64,000 nucleotides of DNA from contig NIVC01001426.1 in NCBI GenBank assembly GCA_002269645.1, forward strand, positions 62,001-126,000. Reading direction: 5' to 3'. The notes below the pieces were generated by a model. It saw only the letters and a list, made by a program, of their open reading frames with translations. It searched no databases and was not told where the DNA came from. The stretch is from Macrostomum lignano (taxonomy: Eukaryota). Positions 38,203 to 50,869 of this stretch are shown here, piece by piece. The position numbers and the translations under genes are program-made. Each line of letters begins with the position of its first letter. Position 1 is the first letter of the stretch.

Positions 38203-39404
38203 ATTAGTAACCGCCTGCAATATTTTGTGGTGAAATTTACAAGATGAATATTAGAGCAAAAATATCTTAATCCCATATAGCGAGTTTTAATTTTGAGCGC
38301 AATTCTTTACCAGCAATTTTGCAATTGAAAATAAATGCGCCAAAAACTAAGCCAACCGGCTCGCTAACAACACTCACCACGACCACCCCGGAACCCACCA
38401 GTGGCACCGCCGCCGCGTCCGCGACCTCCACCACGGCCGCCGGCGCCGTACGGCTGGAATCGCTGCGGGCCGCCGCCGAATCCGCCAACCGGCTTGGCGG
38501 GGCCGCCAGCGTAGCCTTGGCTGCCGTAGGAGCCGAAACCGCCGCCAGCCGCTGCGCCATTGCCGTAGGCGCCTTCACCACCTTCGCTGTAGCCGCCCAT
38601 GTCGGCACCGGCGGCGTAACCTCCGGCGTAACCAGCCTCGCCATAGCCACCGCCGTAGCCGCCGTCGCCATAGCCACCAGCATAGGTCCCATTGCCGTAG
38701 CCTCCACCGTAGCCGCCTCCATAGCCGCCGCCATATCCGCCTCCGTAGCCACCCCCATATCCGCCTCCGCCGCCGCGCCCAGCGAAGCCGCCGCGAACGT
38801 TGAACCCGGAAGCTTGGCGAGCCTTCACCTCGGCCATCTGCTCTTTGGACAGGGCCTTCTTGCAGTCCACTCGCGGATTGCCGCCGATGTTGTGCGGCTT
38901 GTACAGAATCGCCTTGTCCACCGGATCGTAGTCCTTGAACGTGACGAAGCCGAAGCCGCGCGGCTTGCCAGTCTCCCGCATCACGGCAATCTCCGCTGAC
39001 GCAACCTCACCGTAGGAGCCGAAATACTCGCGCAGATCGTCCTCGGTGGTCTCCGGCTTCAGACCGCCCACAAACAGCTTCTCCACTCTCACGTGGCTCT
39101 CGTCCTTGTTCGCGTCACCCCGGGGCATCGCCCGCTTCGTGTCCACCTCCTTGTTGTCGAGCACGTGCGGCCGGTTCGCCTGCGCGTCATCCACGCTCGA
39201 CTCGTCCTTGTAGGTGACGAAGCCGAAGCCGCGAGACCGGCCAGACACCTTGTCCTTCATCACCACCACGTCAACAAGCTCGCCCCACTGGCCAAAGTGG
39301 CCCTTCAGATCGTCTTCTGTCACGTTTGGCGTCAGGCCGCCAATAAACAGCTTTCTGAGCTGCTCAGTCTCCTTGTCGCCTCGGTTACCATTGCCAGCCA
39401 TCAT
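38203..39404 (-). CDS. HNRNPA1-like: hnRNP A/B-family RNA-binding protein, copy B (about 345 aa)
   Basis: Exon 38378-39404 spliced in phase 1 to 38203-38213 (..GGY*); RRMs identical to copy A at protein level. Confidence 0.92.
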
Positions 39405-40354
39405 TTTTCTTATTTGCTCATGCAAAGAAATGTTATTTCTTTTTTAATCGAGTGCATGGCTTTTTTGTCTTTATGCTGTAAGTATAGCATTACAAAAGTG
39501 AAGATCATAGATAAATTGCTATTAATGGATTTAAGTTGATTTGATTAGTTTAACACTTCAACAGGCAATCTTATTGGAATTCTGAAAAAGCATTTACAAT
39601 TACATTACCATAAGTCCTCACTGGTTTAAAATGAGCTAAAAGCAAAAAGGCTTTGACCTTGTAGTTAGTGAGTTTGCATCTATGGTAAAAACCTTCCCAA
39701 GTAATGCTTTTCGAGGACAAGTTATTAATAGATTGGCCTTCAAATTTGTAGTTTCCCATTCCTAGTGATTTAGGTATATCATATTTTTGTTGGAATCCTG
39801 GCCTTACTATCAAATACAAGCAACACAATATATTATGACCTGACTATAATAAAATACCTAATTATATTTGTTAATTTGGCAATGTATTATTAGTTTTGTA
39901 TAACACTCTGAAAATGAAAATTGTTTTAAAAAATATAAGGTTTTAAAAATTATCCTAAAGTATTCTTAAAGGAATCAGGTTCCAAAAAAGTATAACATAC
40001 TCTACTCTATTCTAGCCTACTCTACTCTAGCACCTTTTTTATAAATGAGCACCTTGTATACTATTTCAGTTTTAGAAGACAATTATTTGGATATTAAAAT
40101 TGCCTTAAAATGATTGGGTTTCAAAAATATAGCATGCCTTGTCTTTTAGCATCTAAACCTTAAACCACTTGCACATGATGTCTAAAAAAATAGCCCTATT
40201 GCACAGAGTGACAGGCCTTGGCTTTAATTTCATACAATATGAAAAAACTATATATTACAAAATAGACTGCAATGCACACATCTTTCAAGTTAATAAATGA
40301 TTGTTTTTAATGTTGTTAGTATATACAAATAATTGTTAAATAAAGTATAGTGCC

Positions 40355-40652
40355 CATACATGTGCAACCTCCAAAATTCGGTCAGCCGTGCGACTTAGTT
40401 TTAACAAAAATGCGACATAGTTTTTGGCCAAAAATGCGACTTACATATAAAAAAACCCAAAAGCAAAATTAACGCAACTTTGGGTAAACGGCAGGAGTAA
40501 CTATGACTGTTTTATTAAGCTAAAATGCCTCGTCAGCTACTTAGTACTACTACTTCGGTTATTTTTTGGGTGGGCATTTTTGCGACTTCCTTGATTGGCC
40601 GCCAAATCGGTCGGCCGGATCGGCCGACTCGGCCGACTGTTGCGCATGTATG
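40355..40652. mobile_element. MITE with CAT...ATG termini and 8-bp TSD (P- or hAT-like)
   Basis: TIR CATACATG(T/C)GCAAC; perfect TSD ATAGTGCC; second partial copy at 5140-5364. Confidence 0.85.
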
Positions 40653-42630
40653 ATAGTGCCTTTACTTAGGACCTAGTATAGGTCCTAACTAACTTTTGCT
40701 GTTAGTTAGGACCTGTATCTATTGTAGTAAGATTCAAATACTTTGGCTATAAGCCTACAGCTATGAGATCCTATGGCAAATATAGTAAAAGTAAAGTAGG
40801 ATGGGTAATAGAAGAAGGTGCCTATAGCAACTATAGGTATGCCTATAGTAGATAGCTGCTCTTACAGCTACAACTAACAAAAATATGTTAGTTGTTGTCA
40901 TATTCCATAGATTTCTTTAGCTATAGTTAATTTTTAAATATTAAAAATAGGTAGAATAAAACAAAGATACTTTGGTAAACTATATTATAGACTTACAAAC
41001 TTATAGATTATACGTAATAAAGTACAATAAAACATTAGCAAACTCTAATTTTTATTATTATGAAAAAGTTCAACATTAGTACTTTCAGTAATGATAAAGT
41101 ATCCTTACTCTGTAAAAAGATTAAATATAATCTTACAAAGGCAATTGAGTGTTTGTTTCATTTTCTACTATAATTTGTAATTTTTAAACATTAGGTTATC
41201 TTCCTAATTTAAAATATTTTGTTTCTTAGATTTTTTGTTAAAACTATAGCTATGGCTATGAGAACTATAGGAATATGATAATTTTGGGTCCCTATAGCTA
41301 TGGAATACAGAGAATTGGAATAAGCCATACTATTGTTTTGCTTACAGCTATAGTGATAACATTTAGACCCTTATTATAGCAAAGCACTATTAAATACTAA
41401 CTATTAAAATGACTATTATTAAATTTTAAAATCAAGAAGATAGCTTTTTTCATTGCAAAATTGGCTAGGGCAGAGCAACATGTGGCAGGATAAGGTAGGA
41501 TAAGCTAAGATAAAGGCATATCAAGATAGATTTGGACAAACTAGTAAGGGCATAAGGCAAAGACAAATGCACTAAGTCAAAGATAAAATGTAGTAAAAAA
41601 TAGCAAAACAAAGTAGTTGATTAGCCAAGTAATAAAGCCTAATTATATTGACTATATATTAGATTGGCAAATATTGCAATGAAAAGATTGAAGATTTATA
41701 TTAAAATGAATTAAATCATCAAATTATTATTAAACTATCATTTATTTAAAGTGATTAAGCATAAAAACTAGAAAACTTGAAATTTATGTATAAATATTAA
41801 TTTTTCAATCTTTTGTTTTCTCAACACCAACTCCTCTATATGATTCTATAAAAGTGTATACTAGATAAGCCTATACATTCATAGGCCTACTAGTAGGACC
41901 TATTATTTTCTTAAACTTAGAAGTCATACATGCCAACTATGTACAACTAACTTTGGACATGCAAAGCCAATGAAAACCCAAATTTTTGGGCATATACTAT
42001 ATGATCCAAAATATGGCCAAGAACTAGCTGCTGCTCTAGCAACAGACCTGGATGGAATTCTTGCAGAAAAATCATAACGCGTTATGCAATTGCGCGAAAA
42101 AAATGCAATTTTGTGTCAAAAAATCTAGAAAAAATGCGTTGCAAAATTTCAGACAAAATTGCTAATTCTTAATGTATGCAAAAGTGCGCTTGAGATATTG
42201 GATTTTGCAAAAGATAATCCTACTAGCTAAGATCACGAAGAAAAAAAGAATAAAAACTAAAAACTAAAAAAGGCACAAAAGTAAAAATTTGAAAAAATTC
42301 TATGAAAAGTATGTATGAAACATTTGCCAACACTTATTAAGACACTTCTACAGACACTTTAGTTTCTGTCGTACGAATTATAGGAACAAGCATTAAATTT
42401 GTTTATTCCTTACAAACTAGCAGTAAACTACTTTATTTTAAGCTTTTTTGCTTTATTTTATTATGTATTTGGACAAAAATTCAAATCACTACATTTTCCT
42501 AGAATACATTTTTCGTTATTGTTTTATTGTTTTACCATTTTGCTATGTGCTAAGTACCAAATTAAAAAATGCAACCAATAAAAAATATTTTGCACGCCAT
42601 AAAAAATTGCATAATTCTGTTTGATTTAAG

Positions 42631-43196
42631 GGCAATCTTCAAGTTTCATTCGTTAAATTATTTTTTCAATGATTTCTGAACTATCTTGCTTTGAGATGAT
42701 TATTTTTGAGCTCTCCAGTGTCCCCAGCCCTTTCCTAGTTGAGAAAGTAGCAGTTTTGACAATATTATATATTGAATATACCGTAAAGCTGTTGGTAGAC
42801 AAGGAATGTCTATGGCCCATATTACGGTAACGTAATGATGACATGGCTTTCACTGACGTGGCATTTTAACAAAGAATGTCTATACTATAGGGAATAAAGA
42901 TGCTACTGTACGCAGCTTTAGTTAGGAGTGGCATGGAGTAATATCATGACATAAGCAGTTAATAGACAAGCATTTCTGTCTGTTTGTACTCAGCGTTACA
43001 TGTTAGCTTTGCTTGTTTGCATCTTATATTTCTGGCTTTATGGTACCTTAGAGGTTAATATTAACAAAGCTGCTACTTTCTCAGCTAGGAAAAGGCTGGG
43101 TAGCTATACTGGAGAGCTCGAAAATAATCATCTCAGAGCAAGATAGTTCAGAAATAATTGAAAAAATAATTTAACGAATGAAACTTGAAGATTGCC
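42631..43196. mobile_element. MITE-like element with long (over 100 bp) imperfect inverted arms
   Basis: GGCAATCTTCAAGTTTCATTCGTTAAATT... / ...AATTTAACGAATGAAACTTGAAGATTGCC; TSD not clear. Confidence 0.7.
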
Positions 43197-44259
43197 AATT
43201 TAAGAAATACAAGAATTCCATCCTGGGCAACAGACTAGCAGCTGAGTAATGAGTAAAATAAATTAAGAATATTATTAGACAACAAAGGCATATACTTATA
43301 GTAAGATACTATCTAATTCTTGATTGATTGGTTGGACTCTAATAGACAGGCTTAGACCTAGCCTTACAAGTTACAATGCAAGCTACACTGATATAATAGA
43401 CTACATAGTAGAAGGTAGAAAACCTACAGAATGCACGCAGCAGTGCATATCAGAATTCTTAAGGTCCTACATTGGTATGTAGGCCTACTATGTAATCAAT
43501 GTACACTAAGGCTCACCGCCTAAGTAGATTATATTGAATAGATTAAAATTTGCCTAGCCCTAGATAGGCCCTACTAATTACTAAAAAATGGTAATTAATG
43601 TAAATTCTCATGAAGAGATCGCTTAACCCGCCTCTAGGCTCTAGGTTTACAATTTTTCCCCGTTATACTATAACGTAAATATGCAGACAAAAATGTGCAT
43701 AAACATAACATTGCGGATAACAGGTGAAAAAAACTAAGGCTGAAATATAAAGGCCGGTTGATCAAAGCTGCAATCGCAATCGAACAAAAAATGAAGATTA
43801 TTATCGACTTTAACAATGATCTTATTGTTTGGTCAAATAAATTTATAAACGGTTTTAACAAATTTTTATAAAGAATAATATTAACACGTAATAAAGCTTT
43901 AACAAAAGGTCTTACGTATTTAGAAAATGTTTATACAAAAAACGTTGTTTTCTGTTTCTTATATTATTTAAACACTATTCAGAATTATTTTACAACTTAA
44001 CTTATCGCTAATATGAATTTTATAGCCATACTCTCATAATTTTTACTCATACAGTCATACATCGACATCAAATTGTAATTAAAGGTAGTTAGGTAGTAAA
44101 GCTCTAGGAAGGCTTAAGCAGTATTTACAGTTAGTATGTTTAGTTTAGTGTTTATTGTTATACTGTTTGCTTTAAGTTTTTATGTTGTATCAAGGACTTT
44201 GACATTTGTTTGTCACTTTAGTTTTATTCTAGTCACTTATCATATCATAATATATGGCC

Positions 44260-44327
44260 ACAGCCACAGGGTTGGCCACTGGCCATGCTAGGCATATGCT
44301 TAGGCACCTGGCCAACCCTGTGGCTGT
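44260..44327. repeat. 68-bp hairpin with perfect 19-bp arms
   Basis: ACAGCCACAGGGTTGGCCA ... TGGCCAACCCTGTGGCTGT. Confidence 0.75.
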
Positions 44328-45586
44328 ATCTCACTGTATGCAGATAAAATAAAAAACAAAAGCATTGCATGTGTTAGTCTAGAGTTAACCATGCAGTTAT
44401 TCCTCAAATAAAAATGTCACAATGAGTAGAATAATTCAGGCAACTTTTAGTTTGTATGGCTCATTCTTGTTGCCATAGGCTACTAGAATTGCCTTGTAGT
44501 TTTAAAGTAGCTATACTTTTACAGATAACTATAAATATACTTTTGTCTTGTATTGCTAGGGCCTGACTCATACTCATTTAGAAATTAGAATATTAGAATA
44601 AATTATAATTTTCTAACAGCCTTGAAAATACTAGTTAACAATTGAGAGAAAAGATACCAGGACAACAAATGGCTAGAATTTTGATTGATAGACCATTGCA
44701 TGAGATTTTAAATAACTTGATTAATGCATTTGCACTGCAATTATTAAATTAAAATAGAAACTTATAATTAGTCTCAAAGAATTAAAAGTCCAAACACTTA
44801 GATTAGAGTAGGCCTATGTCACTTGTGGTTGTGTTGTTTTGTACAAATATTGAAGTGAAAAAATTAGCCTTCTAAAAATTTTCTACAAATCAGTGAAATC
44901 ACAAATGTAGTATAGTAGTTTCTATGCAATAATTACTTTATTCTATTTGTTTATGATGCTCAAAATGTGCTTTAACTTAAAAGTAAAAACTATTTAATCT
45001 AGGATCATTTCTTTTTTACCTTTTTGGCTTTTTAAAATTTATGATAATTACTATGAAAGTTTTGCATTTTTGGGAAATATTTAATGCTAAATTGGTTGTT
45101 TAGCACTTATAATTTCATTTTCAAGTTCTGAAGGACTTATCAAAATGTAATTTCCATTACCCATAGTCTGGAATTCTAAAAAAGGAACAGAAAAAAAGTT
45201 CTACTTCAAAAAAGTAACTTCTAGTATTTAAAGTGCCAGAAATGCCTAAACTTTGCCCAACTTTTGCAAAAGTTAAAATTTCTAACATTTTGAAATATTA
45301 GCCTTACCTTCCTACCTAAGTCCTAGGTATTGTATAGCATATAGGCCTAGGGCCTAGTTTGGTTTAGTTCATTTTTTCTAGGCCTACTTAACTTAAGTAT
45401 AATATTACAATAATATAATGAATATATCATTAACCATTTTATTTATTTTTAAACTGTAAATAGGCTTGGCTTTTTTTCACATTGCAAAATTTTATATTAT
45501 TAACCAAATGAAGTGATAGTTACTAATTAATTAGCCTTTGCTTAACTTTGGCTTAGGCTAATAAAGTTTTGGTTCTAAGGGCTTAG

Positions 45587-46266
45587 CCATAGTCAGGAAG
45601 GTGGCCTCTAAGGGGGAAAATTCCCGCGCACACAGAGGGTCTCGGCGCACATTGGCGCACAAGCGCGGCGCACACAAAGGGTCTCAGCGCACATTGTTGG
45701 TGAACCCACACTCTGGATACACATAGTATATGCCCAAAAATTTGGGCGTGCATTGGCCTTGCCAAATTGGCCAAAATTAGGTGTGCACAGTTGGCGTGCA
45801 TCATTCTTGAGAAAAAAGTATACGTGCACACCTGGCGTGCACTTAATAGAATCACGCGTAAGAGTTATTATAAAGTAGAAAAAAGATGAAAAAAGTTCAT
45901 TTTTAGGTGCAAATTTCAAGCTTTCCGGTTTTTTTCAGCTCGTAAAAGAGTATTTAAACAAATCTTTGCGTGTATAAACTTTCTGCTGTAAATAGTACCG
46001 CCGACTTTAAAAGCAACAAAATTATCTAATAATAAGGGTCTATTACGCAATTTAAAAAAGGTCTTTTATTGTCACAATGTAAAAAAAGGTCATTTATTGT
46101 AGCAACACTGGCGTATTTTTGGAAAGGGCGTGCACTAATTTTTTTTGGCGTGCAGTTGTAATTATTCAATTTTTTAATAACGGCGCACAGATGGTGCACA
46201 GATGGCGCACAGATTGTCCCTCTAAAATTTATTCCGGCGCACACTCTGCCACCTTCCTGACTATGG
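45587..46266. mobile_element. MITE with 19-bp TIR and 8-bp TSD
   Basis: TIR CCATAGTCAGGAAGGTGGC; TSD GGGCTTAG on both sides; internal GGCGCACA motifs. Confidence 0.85.
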
Positions 46267-46686
46267 GGGCTTAGCCTATTTAAGTATAATTTTATTTCCA
46301 AAATATTTTTCATGTGAATATGCACTAATACTAAAAGATGATAATATTTGTTTTAGCAAAGAATATATCTTCTATAAGCTCTTTATGCTATCCATAATAA
46401 TGGCAATTGGCTACAATTGGGATTGTTTCTAGCTTACTACAGCAATAATGGCATTATTACAAAATTATAATACTAGCAAAAATAGTATTAGTAGTTAAAA
46501 AAGAGAAGGCTCCTTTTCTATATCAATTAGCAGTCATTATTGTTATAATGACTGTAAATAGTGAAAGTTATTTTTATAGTCAACATATTAAACAAATGCT
46601 ATCTAAATGAAGTAACAAAGTTGCAGTGCAAAAAATAATGTGGTTAAATTAAAGAAAATAAAAAACATTATTTACAAATATATTGA

Positions 46687-47405
46687 CAAGGACTACTTAA
46701 GAACATAGGACGTTACACTTGCAAATATTGACAGAATTCTAAAAGGCCGCTTTTAATGCATGTGTCTATGGTTTTAGTGGCCTTTTTGCTTAGTAATTCG
46801 CATCGCAGCGAAGCATGATACTCATAACCCATAAGTCTATGTTAGAGCACCAAGCAGACAAGATTGCAAACAGCTCACTTTATTGTGTTCTCTGGATCCT
46901 TTATTTCTTTCTTCAAATTAAATTATCAATTGAGTTATACAAGATGCCAACAAAGTGTTGCATTCTAGGCTGCACAAGCAACTACAAAAGTGGTAAAAGG
47001 TTACATACTGTATATACTTTTCCGAAACAAAAGGCTGAAATTGACTCCTGGATGAAGGCTTTGCCCATTGCAACTAAGGTAAGATAACATTTTATGCATT
47101 CTGGTATTTCCCATTTCGTCTCGAAGGATAAATTAAATCGCTCGATTCGTATTACAGCTTCGTTTTTTGTTAGACTTCTACACCCTGTTCACGATTACCT
47201 TTTAGAGAAAATATAAATATTTTGTCAGTATACATGCATATAAAAAGCTTTATTCACTAGGCTTTAATTTCTATTCATGTATTATACACATTGCTTCAAA
47301 TAGCAAAAAGGCCACTAAAACCATAGACACATGCATTCAAAGCGGCCTTTTAGAATTCTGCCAATATTTGCAAGTGTAACATCCTGTGTTCTTAAGTAGT
47401 CCTTG
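46687..47405 (+). mobile_element. Non-autonomous P-element-like transposon retaining a THAP exon
   Basis: TIRs of about 110 bp starting CAAGGACTACTTAAG; perfect 8-bp TSD TATATTGA. Internal ATG at 46944 reads MPTKCCILGCTSNYKSGKRLHTVYTFPKQKAEIDSWMKALP, followed by donor AAG|GTAAGA at 47079. Confidence 0.82.
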
Positions 47406-47775
47406 TATATTGACAGGATGATAACTTCTAGTGGTTCCTTACTCCCAAATATTTATATAAATACCAAAAATTCTGGCATACAATTTATATGAAAAATTGG
47501 TTTATGTAAAATATCTGGTATCTGAACAATCTGCTAGAAAATTGTGCCATAGAGCTAGTATATGGTATAGGCGTAGCTATTAGTAAATAAAAGACCCAAA
47601 TTTTGTAATATAAGAAAGGGTCCTATAGTCCTATATTGTTACATAACTATTAGGGATTGCAAAATCCCAGTTTCTTGTAATCCTGGGATCCCAGGATTTA
47701 ATCCTGGAATTTGGCCAATCCTGGAATAAAAAAATATTGATTTTTCAGCTTCTAGGTTGAAATTTTAGGCAAAAT

Positions 47776-50012
47776 CTATATACTAATTTCTATATACTAA
47801 TTTTGCGCTGTATTCGTGCGTGCGTGCGTGCGTGTAATTGATTTTTTCGAGAATGGCTCAACCGATTCTCTTCAAACTTTCACCATTCGATCAGAAATTT
47901 TCCTGGGATGTTGAATGCATCTTGGCTAAGAAATTGATCAATATTAAAGGGATTAAATATTCGAAAAACATGATTTTCTGCGAAGGTCAAGCAGCTCTTT
48001 CAACCTGAAATGCATTGTAAGAATGCTAGAGAAAAACCTGACTGACTGAATTTCAATTCTGATAAAGATTGCATCACAGCAAGTTGAAAACAGTGCCAAA
48101 GAAATGCACACACGACTTGATATAAATTGCGTAACCATATTTCTAACTTAAATTGAGACTGATACTGGCTGACTGAGAAATTGATTATGTCATAACTTTT
48201 TACTCTAACCGATTTGCTATAAGAATTGAATTATAAGGGCCACAATTCATGCTCTCCGATCGACAAGAGATAGCCTAGATGCTATCAGACTGGACTGCTA
48301 ATTCAGCGACCTGGGTTCAAATCTTAGTAGTGCAAAATAATTTTTTTATTAAAACATCTTAAAAACAAAATGCTGAACATAAAAGAGGCACAATGTCAAA
48401 CAAAAGTGGCACCATTTCAAACATTAAAGGCCACCATGTCAAACATATATGACTCCATGTCAAGCGTATAAGTGACTCCATGTCAGACATTAAAGAGCCA
48501 TCATTGCATACATTAAAGTGCCACCAGGTCAAACATTAAAAAGCCACAATGTCAAACACAAAACAGCTACCATGTCAAACATAAATGGGGTTCCTACTAT
48601 CTTGGAGTGCTTGCTATCTGGAGATGCGTGCTATCTGGGGGTGCTTGCTATCTGGGGGTGCTTGCTATCTGGGGGTGCTTGCTATCTGGGGGTGCTTGCT
48701 ATCTGGGGGTGCTTGCTATCTGGGGGTGCTTGCTATCTAAGGGTGCTTGCTATTAGGTGGATGCTTGCTATCTGGGGTGCCTGCTATCTTGGAGTGCTTG
48801 CTATTAGGTGGATGCTTGCTATCTGGGGTGCCTGCTATCTGAGGGTGCTTGCTATCTGGGGGGTGCTTGCTATCTAAGGGTGCTTGCTAACTGGGGGTGC
48901 TTGCTTTCTAAGGGTGCTTGCTATTAGGTGGATGCTTGCTATCTTAGGGTGCTTGCTATCTGGGGTGCTTGCTATCTGGAGATGCTTGCTATCTGGGGGT
49001 GCTTGCTATCTGGGGGTGCTTGCTATCTGGGGGTGCTTGCTATCTGGGGGTGCTTGCTATCTGGGGGTGCTTGCTATCTGGGGGTGCTTGCTATCTGGAG
49101 ATGCTTGCTATCTGGGGGTGCTTGCTATCTGGAGGTGCTTGCTATCTGGGGGTGCTTGCTATCTGGGGGTGCTTGCTATCTGGGGGTGCTTGCTATCTGG
49201 AGATGCTTGCTATCTGGGGGTGCTTGCTATCTGGGGGTGCTTGCTATCTGGGGGTGCTTGCTATCTGGGGGTGCTTGCTATCTAAGGGTGCTTGCTATTA
49301 GGTGGATGCTTGCTATCTGGGGTGCCTGCTATCTTGGAGTGCTTGCTATTAGGTGGATGCTTGCTATCTGGGGTGCCTGCTATCTGAGGGTGCTTGCTAT
49401 CTGGGGGGTGCTTGCTATCTAAGGGTGCTTGCTAACTGGGGGTGCTTGCTTTCTAAGGGTGCTTGCTATTAGGTGGATGCTTGCTATCTTGGGGTGCTTG
49501 CTATCTGGGGTGCTTGCTATCTGGAGATGCTTGCTATCTGGGGGTGCTTGCTATCTGGGGGTGCTTGCTATCTGGGGTGCTTGCTATCTGGGGGTGCTTG
49601 CTATCTGGGGGTGCTTGCTATCTGGGGGTGCTTGCTATCTGGAGATGCTTGCTATCTGGGGGTGCTTGCTATCTGGGGGTGCTTGCTATCTGGGGGTGCT
49701 TGCTATCTGGGGGTGCTTGCTATCTGGAGATGCTTGCTATCTGGGGGTGCTTGCTATCTGGGGGTGCTTGCTATCTGGGGGTGCTTGCTATCTGGAGATG
49801 CTTGCTATCTGGGGGTGCTTGCTATCTGGGGGTGCTTGCTATCTGGGGGGTTGCTTGCTGTCCTAGGATGTTTTCTTTTTGCATTGCACTTTATTTGAGC
49901 AGTTTTTCTATTGTCTATGTGAAGACTTTTTTGGCCGTCTTTTTGATACTTGTAGAGAGCCAGAGATTCTATCTAGATGCCCCCCCCCATCGGGGGGGGC
50001 GAAGATTGCTAG
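47776..50012 (+). mobile_element. Non-autonomous Helitron carrying a 17-bp minisatellite array
   Basis: 5' A|TCTATATACTAAT, (GTGC)n, AACCGATT...AAACTTT motif; 3' GCCCCCCCC-ATC-GGGGGGGGC hairpin + ATTGCTAG|T. Confidence 0.68.
48604..49860. repeat. 17-bp minisatellite array
   Basis: Unit GGGGGTGCTTGCTATCT, with an internal duplication of about 545 bp. Confidence 0.95.
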
Positions 50013-50793
50013 TATATGCTAAATGTTTTTTCATCCATTTTTTATTGTTATAGAGTTAATGATCTATTTGTAGATCAAAAACAGCATTACAAGTATCTTG
50101 GAACAGTATTTAAGTAAATAGTATAAAAGTTCTAATTAGTAATAAAGAAGCAAATCATATATAAAAACTTATATTGGAATAAATTTTAAATTTAAATCTG
50201 TGATATGGGGTTTATAAAGGTCAAAGGTGCCACACAACATTAGACAATTAACAGAAAATAATGCAGTATAATAAACTAGTTTTGGGCCCAATTATATTCT
50301 TATTATAGCACTTTTTGTAAAAATAATAACAAAAATTAGTCCCAGGATTCAAGACCCTAAATCCCAGGACTGGAAATCCTAGGATTTGGGCCTAATCCTA
50401 GGATTTCAGGATTCCGGGATCCTGGGATTGCAATCCCTAATAACTACATATTGTAGTTATATATTAAAAATAATGGAATTATTGTATTCAAATATTTTAT
50501 TATTTTATATTCACTATTAAAATCATTGCCAGGGGGGATACTAAGGACATGCCTTACCTTTTTTATTTTGCTTTTATGAATAATATCAGTGATGGATTGA
50601 TATCTTTGCCCCTCCTCCTTGATGTGAATCCTAGCTATATGCCTACTTACTATATTATACTGCCACTGTATTATACATTTTACCATATGCATTGCAAAGA
50701 TATCTTTGAAAATATATATGCCAAGGTATTAGTCTAAAAAGGCTTTACATGCTAGAATTTTTAGCAAACATTATCCTAATTGTGGCTTAGATT

Positions 50794-50869
50794 TTTTTAT
50801 TAGAGGCAGGGAGGTTGTGTGCACCCTGGCACACCAGAGCCTACGCTAGACCGCTGGGCTACAGCCCCC
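50794..50869 (-). mobile_element. Short tRNA-derived SINE insertion with poly(A) tail and 14-bp TSD
   Basis: Minus strand GGGGCTGTAGCCCAGCGGTCTAGCG... ending TAATAAAAA; flanked by TTGTGGCTTAGATT at 50780-50793 and 50870-50883. Confidence 0.75.

Larger units (their letters stand above)
47651..50439. mobile_element. hAT-type non-autonomous element interrupted by a Helitron
   Basis: TIR TAGGGATTGCAA; ATCCYRGGAT subterminal repeats at both ends; 8-bp TSD ATAACTAT/ATAACTAC (7 of 8 match). Confidence 0.78.

Noticed and set aside
35305-39539. Plus-strand Ala/Val-rich ORFs overlapping the hnRNP genes
   Set aside because: Antisense shadows of GC-rich, codon-biased CDS with no independent features.
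39571-39828. 85-aa minus-strand ORF upstream of hnRNP copy B
   Set aside because: No recognisable motif; a short chance ORF or unidentifiable transposon relic.
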